A stretch of 64,000 bases of DNA. Source: an uncultured Gemmatimonadales bacterium. Its GTDB lineage: Bacteria > Gemmatimonadota > Gemmatimonadetes > Gemmatimonadales > GWC2-71-9. The notes below the pieces were generated by a model. It was not told the origin of the DNA and did not search any database. It saw only the letters and a list, made by a program, of their open reading frames with translations. Made by a program: the position numbers and the translations under genes. The DNA lies in the NCBI GenBank assembly GCA_963728915.1, contig CAVSLV010000001.1:832001-896000 (forward strand), in the 5' to 3' direction. This document shows, piece after piece, positions 10,237 through 19,808 of the stretch; position 1 is the first letter of the stretch; each line of letters starts with the position of its first letter.

Positions 10237-10629
10237 ATGCGCAGTCTGAGACTCCTGGGCGTGTTAGCGGTCACCCTGCCGGCCGGCTGGGCCTGCACCA
10301 GCCCGACCGACGGCGGAGGAGAGGTGACCTACGTCTTTGTCGGGAACTCGACCGATGCCGCCGTCCAGATCACCGTGTCCGGGCCCAACGATGCTGACGT
10401 CACCGAAACCCTCCAAGGCTCCACCGGGGGCGATACGTTCACCCTGCATCTGTCGCCGGGAGATCCGGTAACCTTCCATGCGGTCCAGGGGAGCCTCCAC
10501 GCCGATCTCACCTGTAATATCGACGCGAGTGTTGTCGGCAGTGACAACCTGGTGGCCAGCGTGCAGATTCTCGCCCAGGTGGGGACCGGCCAGCAGTTTC
10601 ATATGGAATGCGGCTCCGGGTGGCAGTGA
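10237..10629 (+). CDS. Hypothetical lipoprotein
   Basis: MRSLRLLGVLAVTLPAGWAC: signal peptide ending in a lipobox-like Cys, followed by an acidic beta-rich domain with 2 further Cys. Confidence 0.65.
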   Translation: MRSLRLLGVLAVTLPAGWACTSPTDGGGEVTYVFVGNSTDAAVQITVSGPNDADVTETLQGSTGGDTFTLHLSPGDPVTFHAVQGSLHADLTCNIDASVVGSDNLVASVQILAQVGTGQQFHMECGSGWQ

Positions 10630-10664
10630 CCCGGCGCCGGCCCTGACGACGTGGCTCGCGGAAG

Positions 10665-11654
10665 TCAGGCGGCCGGCCGGGCCGCCGCTCGCGCCTCGCC
10701 CTGACGCACCCCCTCCAGCATTGCGGTTTCGGTATCCGGCCGGGGTTCCCCCCAGACCAGGAGGAGCGCCAGGATCCCGTAGATCGGCAGGTGTCCCACC
10801 AGCTCCCGCCAGCCCAGCAGCGGCAGGGTGAGGTTGAACGGCAGCCAGAGGACCAGGATCACCAATCGCACGAACGCCCCTGATATCAGCAGGAGTCCGA
10901 AGGTCAGCTCGACCGTTGCCGCCATCAGGAGAAACTGCCGGTCGGTCACTCCGTTGATTCCCAGCGAATGCATGAAGTTGAAGGGGTGGTCGGCCAGGAA
11001 CGCGAGGCCGAGCGGCAGATTCCAGATCTTCTCGGTGAAGGCCAGCACCGCGATGCTCAAGCCGGTCAACACGCGAAGGGCAGGAACGGCATAGGGCAGG
11101 AGCTTCGGGATCGGCCGATGCAATCGCTGGAGCGCCATGTCGAACGCGAGTGGCCCCCGGCCGGTGACGAAGAGAAAGAACGCGATTCCCAGAAACAGGG
11201 TCTGCTCCAGCAGGCGGGTCGGGCCGAAACCGATCATCCCGACGACCCAGACCACAGCGAGCCCGATCGAAGCGAATCGGGTCAGCGCCCCATAGAGAAA
11301 GCAGAGCCCGATCACGATCTGGGCAAGACCGAGGACGCTTCCCAGAAAGGTCGACCCGAGCTCCAGATTGGGCACCAGGAGCCGGAGGCTCACCCCGCTG
11401 ACCAGCAGGGGAACCGCGGTGTGCAGGCCCAGCACAAGCGGCATCCAGGAAAGCAGGCGCTCATAGTTGGACCACGGCATACCGAGCTCGACCGGGCCGG
11501 GAACCAGTGGGCGATGTGCGCGGAGACGCCAGAGGACATTCGCCCCCACCGTAACGGTCACGGCGATCGCAAGGGGAATCCAGGTTTCCGGCGCCAAGAT
11601 CGTCAGGGGAAAGCCCTGATCTGAAACGAACCAGCGTTCGTGGAGCAGCGTCAT
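10665..11654 (-). CDS. DoxX-like multi-pass membrane protein
   Basis: About 8-9 hydrophobic segments; HERWF N-terminus, LRVLTGLS..LAFTEK and ELVGHLPIYG. GGAG RBS. Confidence 0.65.
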   Translation of the reverse strand: MTLLHERWFVSDQGFPLTILAPETWIPLAIAVTVTVGANVLWRLRAHRPLVPGPVELGMPWSNYERLLSWMPLVLGLHTAVPLLVSGVSLRLLVPNLELGSTFLGSVLGLAQIVIGLCFLYGALTRFASIGLAVVWVVGMIGFGPTRLLEQTLFLGIAFFLFVTGRGPLAFDMALQRLHRPIPKLLPYAVPALRVLTGLSIAVLAFTEKIWNLPLGLAFLADHPFNFMHSLGINGVTDRQFLLMAATVELTFGLLLISGAFVRLVILVLWLPFNLTLPLLGWRELVGHLPIYGILALLLVWGEPRPDTETAMLEGVRQGEARAAARPAA

Positions 11655-11832
11655 CTCCGCCTCTGAAGAGACCGGGCCGCCTGACCAGGGCTACACCCCA
11701 TCAACGGGGGAACATAGCGATCCGGTATCTCCGCGCTGCTCGACCGAGAGGCCCCTCGTTCCGGAAGGGAGCGGTTTGCGCCATGGCGACCAACCGGCCA
11801 TTTTGCGAACGTCCTCGATGGAGCCTGTCACC

Positions 11833-13416
11833 ATGTACGTTCGTCTGATGATGCTTACCGTCGCCGCGTCCGCGGTGACGACCCTCCCCGCTGCGGCTCA
11901 GCGCCCCGGCGGCCCTCCTGGCGGACGCGGCGCCGCGGGCGGCGCCGACACCACCGCCGGCGTTCCGGCGGTGGAGAAAGTCTCGACCACCAAACACACC
12001 GTCACCATCGACGGGAAACCGATCGCCTACACGGCCAATACCGGCACGATGGTATTGCGCGACGAGAACGGAAAACCGAACGCCACGGTCTTCTACATCT
12101 CCTATACCAAGGACGGACAGGACCTGACGCATCGCCCGGTCACGTTCTTCTTCAACGGGGGCCCCGGCTCAGCCTCGATCTGGCTGGATATGGGCATCAT
12201 GAGCCCGAAGCATCCGACCATGGGACCGGGCGGTCAGCAGCCGGCTCCGCCGTACGATCTGGTGGACAATCCCTACTCGCCGCTTGGAGCCACGGACCTG
12301 GTGCAGGTGGACGCGATGATGACCGGCTACTCGCGACCCGGGCCCGGCGTCAAAGCGGCCGATTTCACCGGCGGGGTGAACGACATCCGCATGTTCGGCG
12401 AGTTCATCCGCGGGTACCTGGACAAATACGATCGCTGGCAATCCCCCAAATACCTGTTCGGCGAGAGCTACGGCACGTTCCGCTCGGCCGGCCTGGCCGA
12501 CGAGCTCGAGGAGCGGGAGGGCATCTTCCTCAACGGGATCATGCTGCTGGGCACGGTGCTGGACTTCCAGAACCTGTCCCAGCTCGCTTCCAACGACGTG
12601 GGCTACGCGGTGTTCCTGCCGACCTACACCGCCACGGCCTGGTATCACAAGAAGCTGCCTCCCGAGCTCCAGCGGATGACGCTGGCGCAGGTGGTGCAGC
12701 AGGCGCGTGACTTCGCGTTCGGCGATTACCTGACGATGCTGGCGAAGGGCAACACGCTGAGCAGCGCCGAGCGGACCGCGGCCGCGGCGAAGATCGCGCG
12801 GTTCACCGGGGTTTCGCCGCAATATGTGGCGAACACCAACCTGCGCATCGATGCCGGGACCTTCCGCACCGAGCTGCTGCGGGATCAGCGGCTGACGCTA
12901 GGCCGCTACGACAGCCGCCTCACCGGCGTCAACGGCAATGCCGCCAGCCAGCGTGAGGACTACGACCCGTCGGACGTGGCCCCGTCCGGGGCCTTCATGT
13001 CGGCTTTCATGCGGTACCTCCACGACGACCTCAACTACGACAGCGACCTCCAGTACTACATGGGCGGCCATACCGGACGATGGGACTACACCGGCACCAC
13101 CCCCGGCTTCGGCGGCGGCTTCCCCAGCGAGTCGGAGTCCTTGCGCCTGGCGATGGCGAAAGATCCGCACCTGCGGGTTATGGTGGGCGCGGGGTACTAC
13201 GACATGGCGACACCGTTCGCGAACGCCGAATACACCTTCCACCACCTGGGCTTCGACGGGACGTCTCAGGACCGGGTGACCTGGGAGTACTACGAGAGCG
13301 GCCACATGGCCTATCTCAACCAGACGTCGGCCCGGAAGCTCAAGGAGGACATCGAGCGATTCGTCAACGCGACCGACAAGGTCGTCACCACGACGGACAA
13401 GGGGGGCCAGCGGTAG
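11833..13416 (+). CDS. Secreted S10 family serine carboxypeptidase
   Basis: FFFNGGPGSAS, FGESYG (nucleophile Ser), GYYDMATP (Asp) and YESGHM (His); signal peptide. Confidence 0.9.
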   Translation: MYVRLMMLTVAASAVTTLPAAAQRPGGPPGGRGAAGGADTTAGVPAVEKVSTTKHTVTIDGKPIAYTANTGTMVLRDENGKPNATVFYISYTKDGQDLTHRPVTFFFNGGPGSASIWLDMGIMSPKHPTMGPGGQQPAPPYDLVDNPYSPLGATDLVQVDAMMTGYSRPGPGVKAADFTGGVNDIRMFGEFIRGYLDKYDRWQSPKYLFGESYGTFRSAGLADELEEREGIFLNGIMLLGTVLDFQNLSQLASNDVGYAVFLPTYTATAWYHKKLPPELQRMTLAQVVQQARDFAFGDYLTMLAKGNTLSSAERTAAAAKIARFTGVSPQYVANTNLRIDAGTFRTELLRDQRLTLGRYDSRLTGVNGNAASQREDYDPSDVAPSGAFMSAFMRYLHDDLNYDSDLQYYMGGHTGRWDYTGTTPGFGGGFPSESESLRLAMAKDPHLRVMVGAGYYDMATPFANAEYTFHHLGFDGTSQDRVTWEYYESGHMAYLNQTSARKLKEDIERFVNATDKVVTTTDKGGQR

Positions 13417-16302
13417 CTACAACTCCGCCTTGTCGACCGGTCGCGGATCGGGCTTCACGCTGAAGGACTGGGTGGAGCTCTTCCCATTCACCGTCAGCCT
13501 GGCGGTGAACGTCCCCGGAAGTGTCACCTCGGGGTCGCGGACCCCTCCGCGGAAGCCGCCGCCGAACCCGCCCCGCCGTCCGGTGTTCGGCACCCACACC
13601 ACCCGGTGCATGCCGGCGACCTTTGCGACTGGCTTCGGCGCCGGCCGCCAGAGCGCCGTGGTATTGGGAATACCGCCCGCCCGGCGCGGGGACGAGGGCT
13701 CTTCGGATGAGAAGGTGTGCAGGGTTCGTCCAGTCGCATCGACGATCTCGAGGGTCACCGGCCCCGGCGGTTCCGCCCGCAGGTAGTAGTCGATGACCAC
13801 GCCGTCGGGCGGGTTCGCCGCCTGGGGCTCGTCCTTCTGGACCGGGGTGCCGTCATCGCCCCCCTGCTCGTAGCTGGTCTGATCCGAAGGTTTGAAGAGC
13901 CAGGCGTCGGCGCCGGCGATTTCCTCGTTCACCTGCCTGAGCACCGCGATGTCGTCGATCACCCAGAACCCGCGACCATGGGTGGCGATGATCAGATCGT
14001 TCTGATACACCTGGAGGTCCCGCATCGAGGTGACCGGAAGGTTGAGCTGAAGCGGCTGCCAGTGCTCGCCCTCGTCGAAGGACAGGTATACCCCGCGCTC
14101 GGTCCCGCAGAACAACATTCCTTTCCGCTCCGGGTCTTCCTTCACCGAGTGCACGTACACGCCCTTCGGCAGCCCGCTCGCGATCAAGGTCCACGTCCTG
14201 CCGCGATCATGGGTCCGGTAGATGTAGGGATCGAAATCCTCGAGCTGATGACGGTCCACGCTCGCGTACGCCGTGTTCACGTCGTGACGCGACGCTTCGA
14301 TCATCGTCACCCGGCTCCAGGCGGTGAGAGCCGGCGGGGTGACATTCTCCCACGACGCGCCCCCATTCATGGTGACCTGGATGAGGCCGTCGTCGGTGCC
14401 GATCCATAGCAGCGGGGCCTCGACCGGGGAGGGCGCGATGGTGTAAATCACGCCGCGCCGGCCGTTCGTGTCGGTGTCCTCGGTCGCGGCCCGGTCGAGG
14501 CCGGGTGGCACCTCGGGGTCGGCCCGGGTGAGATCGGGACTGATCCGCGTCCAGGTCACCGCGCCGTCGCTGGTCCGGTAGAGGAACTGGTCGCCGTAGT
14601 AGAGCGCCGTCGGGTCGGCCGGCGAGAGCACCAGGGGCTGGGTCCAATCGTGCCGGGGATCCTTGGTCTGCGGTGTGGTGGTTCCAGGAATGAAGCGATT
14701 CTCCGCGAGGTTGAAGCGGGCGCCGGCGCCGCCGAACACGATCCCGGGGTGCCGGGGATCGCCGGCGGTATAGCCGCTCTCGCCGCCCGCCCCGATGGGT
14801 TCCCAGTCCCGCATTGAGATCTCCCCGAACTTCCCCCGCGAGCGCACGGCCACCGCGCCGCTGTCCTGCTGGGCCCCGGTCACCCAGTAGGGGCGCCGGT
14901 AGTCCACCGAGAGGTGGTAGATCTGGGCGGTCGGCTGATTGAGCCAGGAGCTCCAGGCGATCCGGGTAGGGTCGCCTTCCTTGGCGTTGTGGGTGATCAC
15001 GCATCCCTGATCGCTCGCCGTGATCATCAGGTTGGTGTTGTCGGGCGAAATCCAGGCCTGGTGATAGTCGTCCCCACCGGGAGAGCCGCGCACCGGGACC
15101 CAGCTCTTGCCGCCATCCATTGAACGGGAAATCGAAACGTTCGAGACGTAGACGATGTCCGGGTTCCCCGGATCGACGACCACGTGCTCGAAGTACCAGC
15201 CGCGTCCCCACAGCGCCTGGTCGTCCGACAGCCGGGTCCAGCTGGCGCCGGCATCGTCGGACCGGAAGCAGCCGCCCTGGCGGGAGGTGACGGCGCCGCC
15301 CGTCGCCGGCGCCGAAGACGGAGCGCCGGTCACCGGCAGGAGGCAATCCACTACCGCGTATACCCGCCGCGTATCGCTCGGCGCCACCGCAATCCCGGTG
15401 CGCCCGATCCCTTCGGCGGGAAGCCCCGCGGTGAGCTGGGTCCAGGTGTCCCCGCCATTGGTGGACTTGAAGAGGCCACCGCCCGGGCCGTTGGTCGGCG
15501 GATAGACGAACCACGGCGGGCGCCGGGTGTTCCAGAGGCCGGCGTACACCACCTTCGGGTTGGACGGATCGATCACCACCTCGATCGCCCCGACGTCAGG
15601 ACCCTTGTAGAGCACCTTCTGCCAGGTCTTTCCGCCGTCCTTCGACCGGAAAATGCCACGCTGTTCGTTCGACCCGTAAAAGTGCCCGATCGCGGCAACG
15701 AATACGACATCGGGATTGTGTGGGTCCACCGCGATCTTGCCGATGTGCTGGGTATCCTCGAGCCCGATGTGGGTCCACGACTTCCCGGCGTCGGTGGACT
15801 TGTACATCCCATTGCCGAAGCCGACCGAGTCGCGAAGGGTGGACTCGCCGCTTCCGACGTAGACGACGTCGGGCGCGGAAGGCGCCACCGCGAGGGCACC
15901 GATGGACGCGACCGGCTGGTCGTCGAAGACCGGCTCCCACACCCGGCCCGCGTCGATCGTTTTCCAGACCCCGCCGTTCACGTGACCGAAATAGAACTCG
16001 CTGGGCCGACCCACCACGCCGCACACTGCATCCACGCGGCCGCCCCGGAACGGCCCGAGCATTCGCCACTCGAGTCCGGAGAAGACGCTCGGGGGCAGGG
16101 GACCAGACGTCATCCCCGCGACCACCGATAAAGGAGTGCTCGCGGCGCGAGCGCCGCGCTCCAGGATCAATGCGTGCCGGAGGGCCGGCCCCGCCAGCAC
16201 GATCAGGCCCCCCATCTGTCCGGTCCGCATCAGAAAGTCCCGGCGCGAGAGCGGTACCCCGCTTACGTCGGTGTGCGCAGAGTCCGGAGGCGGTTGTTCC
16301 AC
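13417..16302 (-). CDS. Tat-exported BNR/Asp-box beta-propeller protein (VPS10/GH74-like)
   Basis: SRRDFL twin-arginine motif, WRMLGPFRGGR, and repeated S/TxDxGxTW Asp-boxes. GAGGAG RBS before GTG 16302. Confidence 0.85.
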   Translation of the reverse strand: MEQPPPDSAHTDVSGVPLSRRDFLMRTGQMGGLIVLAGPALRHALILERGARAASTPLSVVAGMTSGPLPPSVFSGLEWRMLGPFRGGRVDAVCGVVGRPSEFYFGHVNGGVWKTIDAGRVWEPVFDDQPVASIGALAVAPSAPDVVYVGSGESTLRDSVGFGNGMYKSTDAGKSWTHIGLEDTQHIGKIAVDPHNPDVVFVAAIGHFYGSNEQRGIFRSKDGGKTWQKVLYKGPDVGAIEVVIDPSNPKVVYAGLWNTRRPPWFVYPPTNGPGGGLFKSTNGGDTWTQLTAGLPAEGIGRTGIAVAPSDTRRVYAVVDCLLPVTGAPSSAPATGGAVTSRQGGCFRSDDAGASWTRLSDDQALWGRGWYFEHVVVDPGNPDIVYVSNVSISRSMDGGKSWVPVRGSPGGDDYHQAWISPDNTNLMITASDQGCVITHNAKEGDPTRIAWSSWLNQPTAQIYHLSVDYRRPYWVTGAQQDSGAVAVRSRGKFGEISMRDWEPIGAGGESGYTAGDPRHPGIVFGGAGARFNLAENRFIPGTTTPQTKDPRHDWTQPLVLSPADPTALYYGDQFLYRTSDGAVTWTRISPDLTRADPEVPPGLDRAATEDTDTNGRRGVIYTIAPSPVEAPLLWIGTDDGLIQVTMNGGASWENVTPPALTAWSRVTMIEASRHDVNTAYASVDRHQLEDFDPYIYRTHDRGRTWTLIASGLPKGVYVHSVKEDPERKGMLFCGTERGVYLSFDEGEHWQPLQLNLPVTSMRDLQVYQNDLIIATHGRGFWVIDDIAVLRQVNEEIAGADAWLFKPSDQTSYEQGGDDGTPVQKDEPQAANPPDGVVIDYYLRAEPPGPVTLEIVDATGRTLHTFSSEEPSSPRRAGGIPNTTALWRPAPKPVAKVAGMHRVVWVPNTGRRGGFGGGFRGGVRDPEVTLPGTFTARLTVNGKSSTQSFSVKPDPRPVDKAEL

Positions 16303-16390
16303 GGGATAACTCCTCAAGGAGATGCGACGAAGATATGGCGCCAGGCTTCAGTGCAAAAGAATCTCGACCCCAAAGGCGAGGGTCACCACG

Positions 16391-17515
16391 CTAGGCGTCC
16401 ATGAAGTGCTCCCAACCACCAGAGGAAGACCCGGGGCGGTTCCAGGGAGCCGCTTCCCAATTGTCCAGGCGTGCGTTCTCGGAGCGCAGCCACCTGGCGA
16501 GCGGAAGCTCCAGATGGCTCGACAGGGCCGTCAGGTAGGGCTCATACAGGGACCGGAGCGCAGTAAGGCGAGACTCGGCATCTCGAGGCAGATCAAGTGG
16601 GGATCCTTGCGCGACCGCGCGAAGGCGCTCGAAGTCATCGCTGGGCAGGCGATCAGGGGAGGAACGCTGGCTCCGGGCGTTGAAGACCTGAGCCAGGTCC
16701 ACCACAGCGTGCCGCGCCATCGCAAAGGTGAGCTCCGCCTGGCGGCGACAGGGGGTCTCGCAGGCGAGGGCGGCCACCGCGCTGGTGTCGAGGAGGATGG
16801 TGAGAGCCGCAAGCCAGGACTGGTTGCTGTGCTGAGAACGAAAGTAGGCGAGCACCGGATACGACAGGTTGGTCTCCAGCACCTCGGCGGCCCACCGCTC
16901 CCACTCGGCAAGGAGCTGTTGCAGGCGCAGATGACCGGGATCCTCGCCGTGCCGGCGAAGCAGCTCACCGGTGGTGGGGGGAGATCCGGCCCGGGCATCG
17001 AGGAGGGAGATGATGACTTCGCGCCGGGAAAAGGCCTGATAGATGACGGGCAGATAGCCCACCACGACCGCCAGGAAGGCGAACCCGAGGCCCGCTTCGC
17101 CGACGGTCAAGAGCTTTGCCAGAGGGGAAACGGGTGCGATATCCCCCAGGCCCAGGGTAAAGAACGTGGTCCCGCTGAAGTACAGGGATTCCAGGAGGGT
17201 CACCGGCTCGCTCCCCAGCCGGAGCCCGGGGCCGATCGCCCATTGCATCACCGCGAAGGACAGCACGATGGTGGTCGCCCACAGGACCAGCAGTAATAGG
17301 AGCGAGAACGGCCCGAACCATCCGAGTGCGTGCTCGGCGAAGCTGCCGGCGAGGCGGGTCGCGACGGCCCGCCACGAGTGCCAGGTCGTCCGGTAGAAGA
17401 TCCGGGTGAGCTGGAAGCGGCGACGCACCCGCCGCGGCAGGATCACCGTTTCGAAGGCGTCCCGCAGCACGATCAGGAGCAGGACGAGCGCAACCAGGCC
17501 GGCCAGCGGTCTCAT
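16391..17515 (-). CDS. Potassium channel family protein (pore domain plus cytoplasmic C-terminal domain)
   Basis: SLYFSGTTFFTLGLGDIAP pore helix/filter between TM segments; YPVLAYFRSQH in the C-terminal domain. Confidence 0.8.
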   Translation of the reverse strand: MRPLAGLVALVLLLIVLRDAFETVILPRRVRRRFQLTRIFYRTTWHSWRAVATRLAGSFAEHALGWFGPFSLLLLLVLWATTIVLSFAVMQWAIGPGLRLGSEPVTLLESLYFSGTTFFTLGLGDIAPVSPLAKLLTVGEAGLGFAFLAVVVGYLPVIYQAFSRREVIISLLDARAGSPPTTGELLRRHGEDPGHLRLQQLLAEWERWAAEVLETNLSYPVLAYFRSQHSNQSWLAALTILLDTSAVAALACETPCRRQAELTFAMARHAVVDLAQVFNARSQRSSPDRLPSDDFERLRAVAQGSPLDLPRDAESRLTALRSLYEPYLTALSSHLELPLARWLRSENARLDNWEAAPWNRPGSSSGGWEHFMDA

Positions 17516-17574
17516 TCCGGGGCAAATATAGAGAACCTGCGAGATCCGGCTCTGGACGGTATTCTCCACCCCCA

Positions 17575-18432
17575 ATGCGCTGCGGCCACATCGCCCTGGC
17601 GGGGCGTCCGAACGTCGGCAAGTCCTCGCTCCTCAACGTTCTGGTGGGTGAGCACCTCGCGCTGGTGAGTGCCAAGGCTCAGGCCACCCGGATCCCGGTG
17701 ATTGGGATCCGGACCGAGGGCACGGTGCAGTACATCTTTCACGATCTTCCCGGGTTGCTCGATCCATCCTACCCCTTACAGGAGCGGATGCGCTCCCTCG
17801 CCGAGGAAGGGCTTCGCCAGGTGGACCTGGTCCTCCATCTCATCCCGGCGGACGAGCCCGACGACGGCGCGAACCTGGCCTCCCTGACCAAGCGGTCCAT
17901 CCTCAAGGTATTTACCAAGGGGGATCTCGTTCCTGCGGCACGGCGCGCGGAGCTTGGTCGAGACGGGATGGTGGTCTCCGCGGTAACAGGAGAGGGAATC
18001 GGCGCCTTGCTCCAGGCCGTTGCCGAGCGACTGCCCGAGCGCGATTTCGCCTTCCCCGAGGACGAGATCGGCACTCAACCGCTCCGGTTCTTCGCCGCTG
18101 AATACCTCCGCGAAGCAGCGTTCGAGCTGCTGCAGGACGAGCTGCCTTACGCCTTCGCGGCCGAAATCGAGGAGTTCCGTGAGGACCAGGACCCGGTGTT
18201 CATTCGCGCCAACCTTTTCGTCGAATCGAAGTCGCAGAAGGGCATCGTGATCGGGGCGGGAGGGCAGATGATCCGGGATATCGGCCAGCGGGCCCGGAGC
18301 CGGATCGAGCAGCTCCTCGGACGCCAGGTGTTCCTCGAAACCTGGGTCCAGGTCCTCCCGAAATGGCGGCGCGATCCGGTCCAGCTTCGTCGCCTGGGGT
18401 TCCCCGACACTCCGGGTCGGGAACGGTCCTGA
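17575..18432 (+). CDS. era: GTPase Era
   Basis: GRPNVGKSSL, DLPG, TKGD, and KH domain with ELPY and SQKGIVIG. Confidence 0.93.
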   Translation: MRCGHIALAGRPNVGKSSLLNVLVGEHLALVSAKAQATRIPVIGIRTEGTVQYIFHDLPGLLDPSYPLQERMRSLAEEGLRQVDLVLHLIPADEPDDGANLASLTKRSILKVFTKGDLVPAARRAELGRDGMVVSAVTGEGIGALLQAVAERLPERDFAFPEDEIGTQPLRFFAAEYLREAAFELLQDELPYAFAAEIEEFREDQDPVFIRANLFVESKSQKGIVIGAGGQMIRDIGQRARSRIEQLLGRQVFLETWVQVLPKWRRDPVQLRRLGFPDTPGRERS

Positions 18433-19532
18433 TGCCGAAACCGCTCGGGCTGTCCCGGTTCTTCCGCCTGAGCCTCGTGCTCCTCCTAGGACTACCGGCA
18501 AGCCTGTTGCTGCGATGGCAGCATGCGGACCCCTTGCTGGTGTTTCTGAGCGCCGGTGCGGCGATGCTCCCGCTGGCCGGCCTGCTCGGCAAAGCCACGG
18601 ATCAGCTCGCCGAACGAAGCACTCCCGTCCTCGGTGGCCTGCTGAATGCCACCTTCGGAAATGCCGCCGAGCTGATCATCGCCCTGGCCGCGTTGCGACA
18701 GGGCCTGGTGTCCCTCGTGAAGGCTTCGATCACCGGGAGCATCCTGGGCAACCTGCTGCTGATTCTGGGGCTCTCCCTGGTGGTCGGAGGCATCCGAACA
18801 CCGAATCTCAGGTTCAACCGCACCGCCGCCGGCATGGCCTCGGCGATGCTGGCCCTGGCGGTCGCCGGCCTCGTGTTCCCGGCGGTCTTTCACCAGCTCC
18901 ACCCGGAAACCGCTGGGGCCAGGCTCGCCGGCTCCGAGCTCGGCTTCACCGAGGCGGTGGCCCTCATCCTGATCCTGACCTATGCGGCGTCATTGCTGTT
19001 CTCGTTGCACACGCATCGCAACGTGTTCGGAGTCGAATCCGAGATTCCACCCTCCCGAACGGATGGGCCGGAGCCCTGGAGCATCGGCCTGTCAATCGGA
19101 GTCCTCGCGATCTGCACGGTGGCCGTGGCGATTGTCTCGGAGCTCCTGGTCGGGGCGATTGAGCCGGTCACGCAAACCCTCGGGCTTTCCCAGCGATTCC
19201 TCGGCCTCGTGGTGATTCCCCTGCTCGGAAATGCCGCCGAACACGGCGCCGCGATCACGGTGGCACGCCGAGGCAAGATCGAGCTCGCGTTCCAGGTCGC
19301 CCTTGGATCGAGCATGCAGGTAGCGCTGCTGGTCGCGCCCCTGCTCGTCTTTGCAGGTGTGCTGCTGAATCACCCGGTCAGCCTGGTGTTTACCCCGCTC
19401 GAGATCGTCTCCCTCGCCATCGCGACCGGGGTGGTGGCCATCATCACCCTGGATGGCGAATCCCACTGGTTCGAAGGCGTCCAGCTGCTCGCGGTCTATG
19501 GGATGTTTGTGGCGGCGGCTTTCTTTCTCTAG
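18432..19532 (+). CDS. cax: Calcium/proton exchanger (CaCA family)
   Basis: Alpha repeats LNATFGNAAE and LGNAAEH, GSILGNLLL and GSSMQVAL; start overlaps the era stop. Confidence 0.9.
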   Translation: MPKPLGLSRFFRLSLVLLLGLPASLLLRWQHADPLLVFLSAGAAMLPLAGLLGKATDQLAERSTPVLGGLLNATFGNAAELIIALAALRQGLVSLVKASITGSILGNLLLILGLSLVVGGIRTPNLRFNRTAAGMASAMLALAVAGLVFPAVFHQLHPETAGARLAGSELGFTEAVALILILTYAASLLFSLHTHRNVFGVESEIPPSRTDGPEPWSIGLSIGVLAICTVAVAIVSELLVGAIEPVTQTLGLSQRFLGLVVIPLLGNAAEHGAAITVARRGKIELAFQVALGSSMQVALLVAPLLVFAGVLLNHPVSLVFTPLEIVSLAIATGVVAIITLDGESHWFEGVQLLAVYGMFVAAAFFL

Positions 19533-19547
19533 TGGTACATTCGGAAC

Positions 19548-19718
19548 ATGTCCCTGGCACCCGAGCTCCTCGAGATTCTGGTTTGCCCCAAGTGCAAAGG
19601 CGACCTCGAGTACCGGCCTGACGAAGCCGTCCTCATCTGCCACGCCTGCCGCGTGGCCTACCCCATCGAGGACGACATCCCCATCATGCTGATCGACGAG
19701 GCAAAGCCTTTGCAGTAG
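19548..19718 (+). CDS. Trm112/YcaR family protein (56 aa, below the ORF-track cutoff)
   Basis: Manual translation: [56 protein letters not shown]. Confidence 0.92.
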   Translation: MSLAPELLEILVCPKCKGDLEYRPDEAVLICHACRVAYPIEDDIPIMLIDEAKPLQ

Positions 19719-19770
19719 CCGGCTGGTGGGCCTGTCGCCGGCCACTGTTTACTGATCCCCGCTTACCGTT

Positions 19771-19795
19771 TAAGTTGCTGTAGCACAAACCTTTA
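19771..19795. promoter_or_regulatory. IHF-like dyad motif TAA-N4-YTG-N5-CAA-N4-TTA upstream of the DGC-prfB operon
   Basis: TAAGTTGCTG TAGCA CAAACCTTTA; each half resembles the IHF core CAA-N4-TTR. Similar motifs at 50197 and 57248. Confidence 0.4.
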
Positions 19796-19808
19796 CGAGT
19801 GGAGGCGG

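Noticed and set aside
11655..11832. Possible riboswitch or sigma-54 promoter in the DoxX / S10 divergent region
   Set aside because: No convincing match by eye to fluoride or yybP-ykoY consensus, or to GG-N10-GC spacing; an Rfam scan would be needed.
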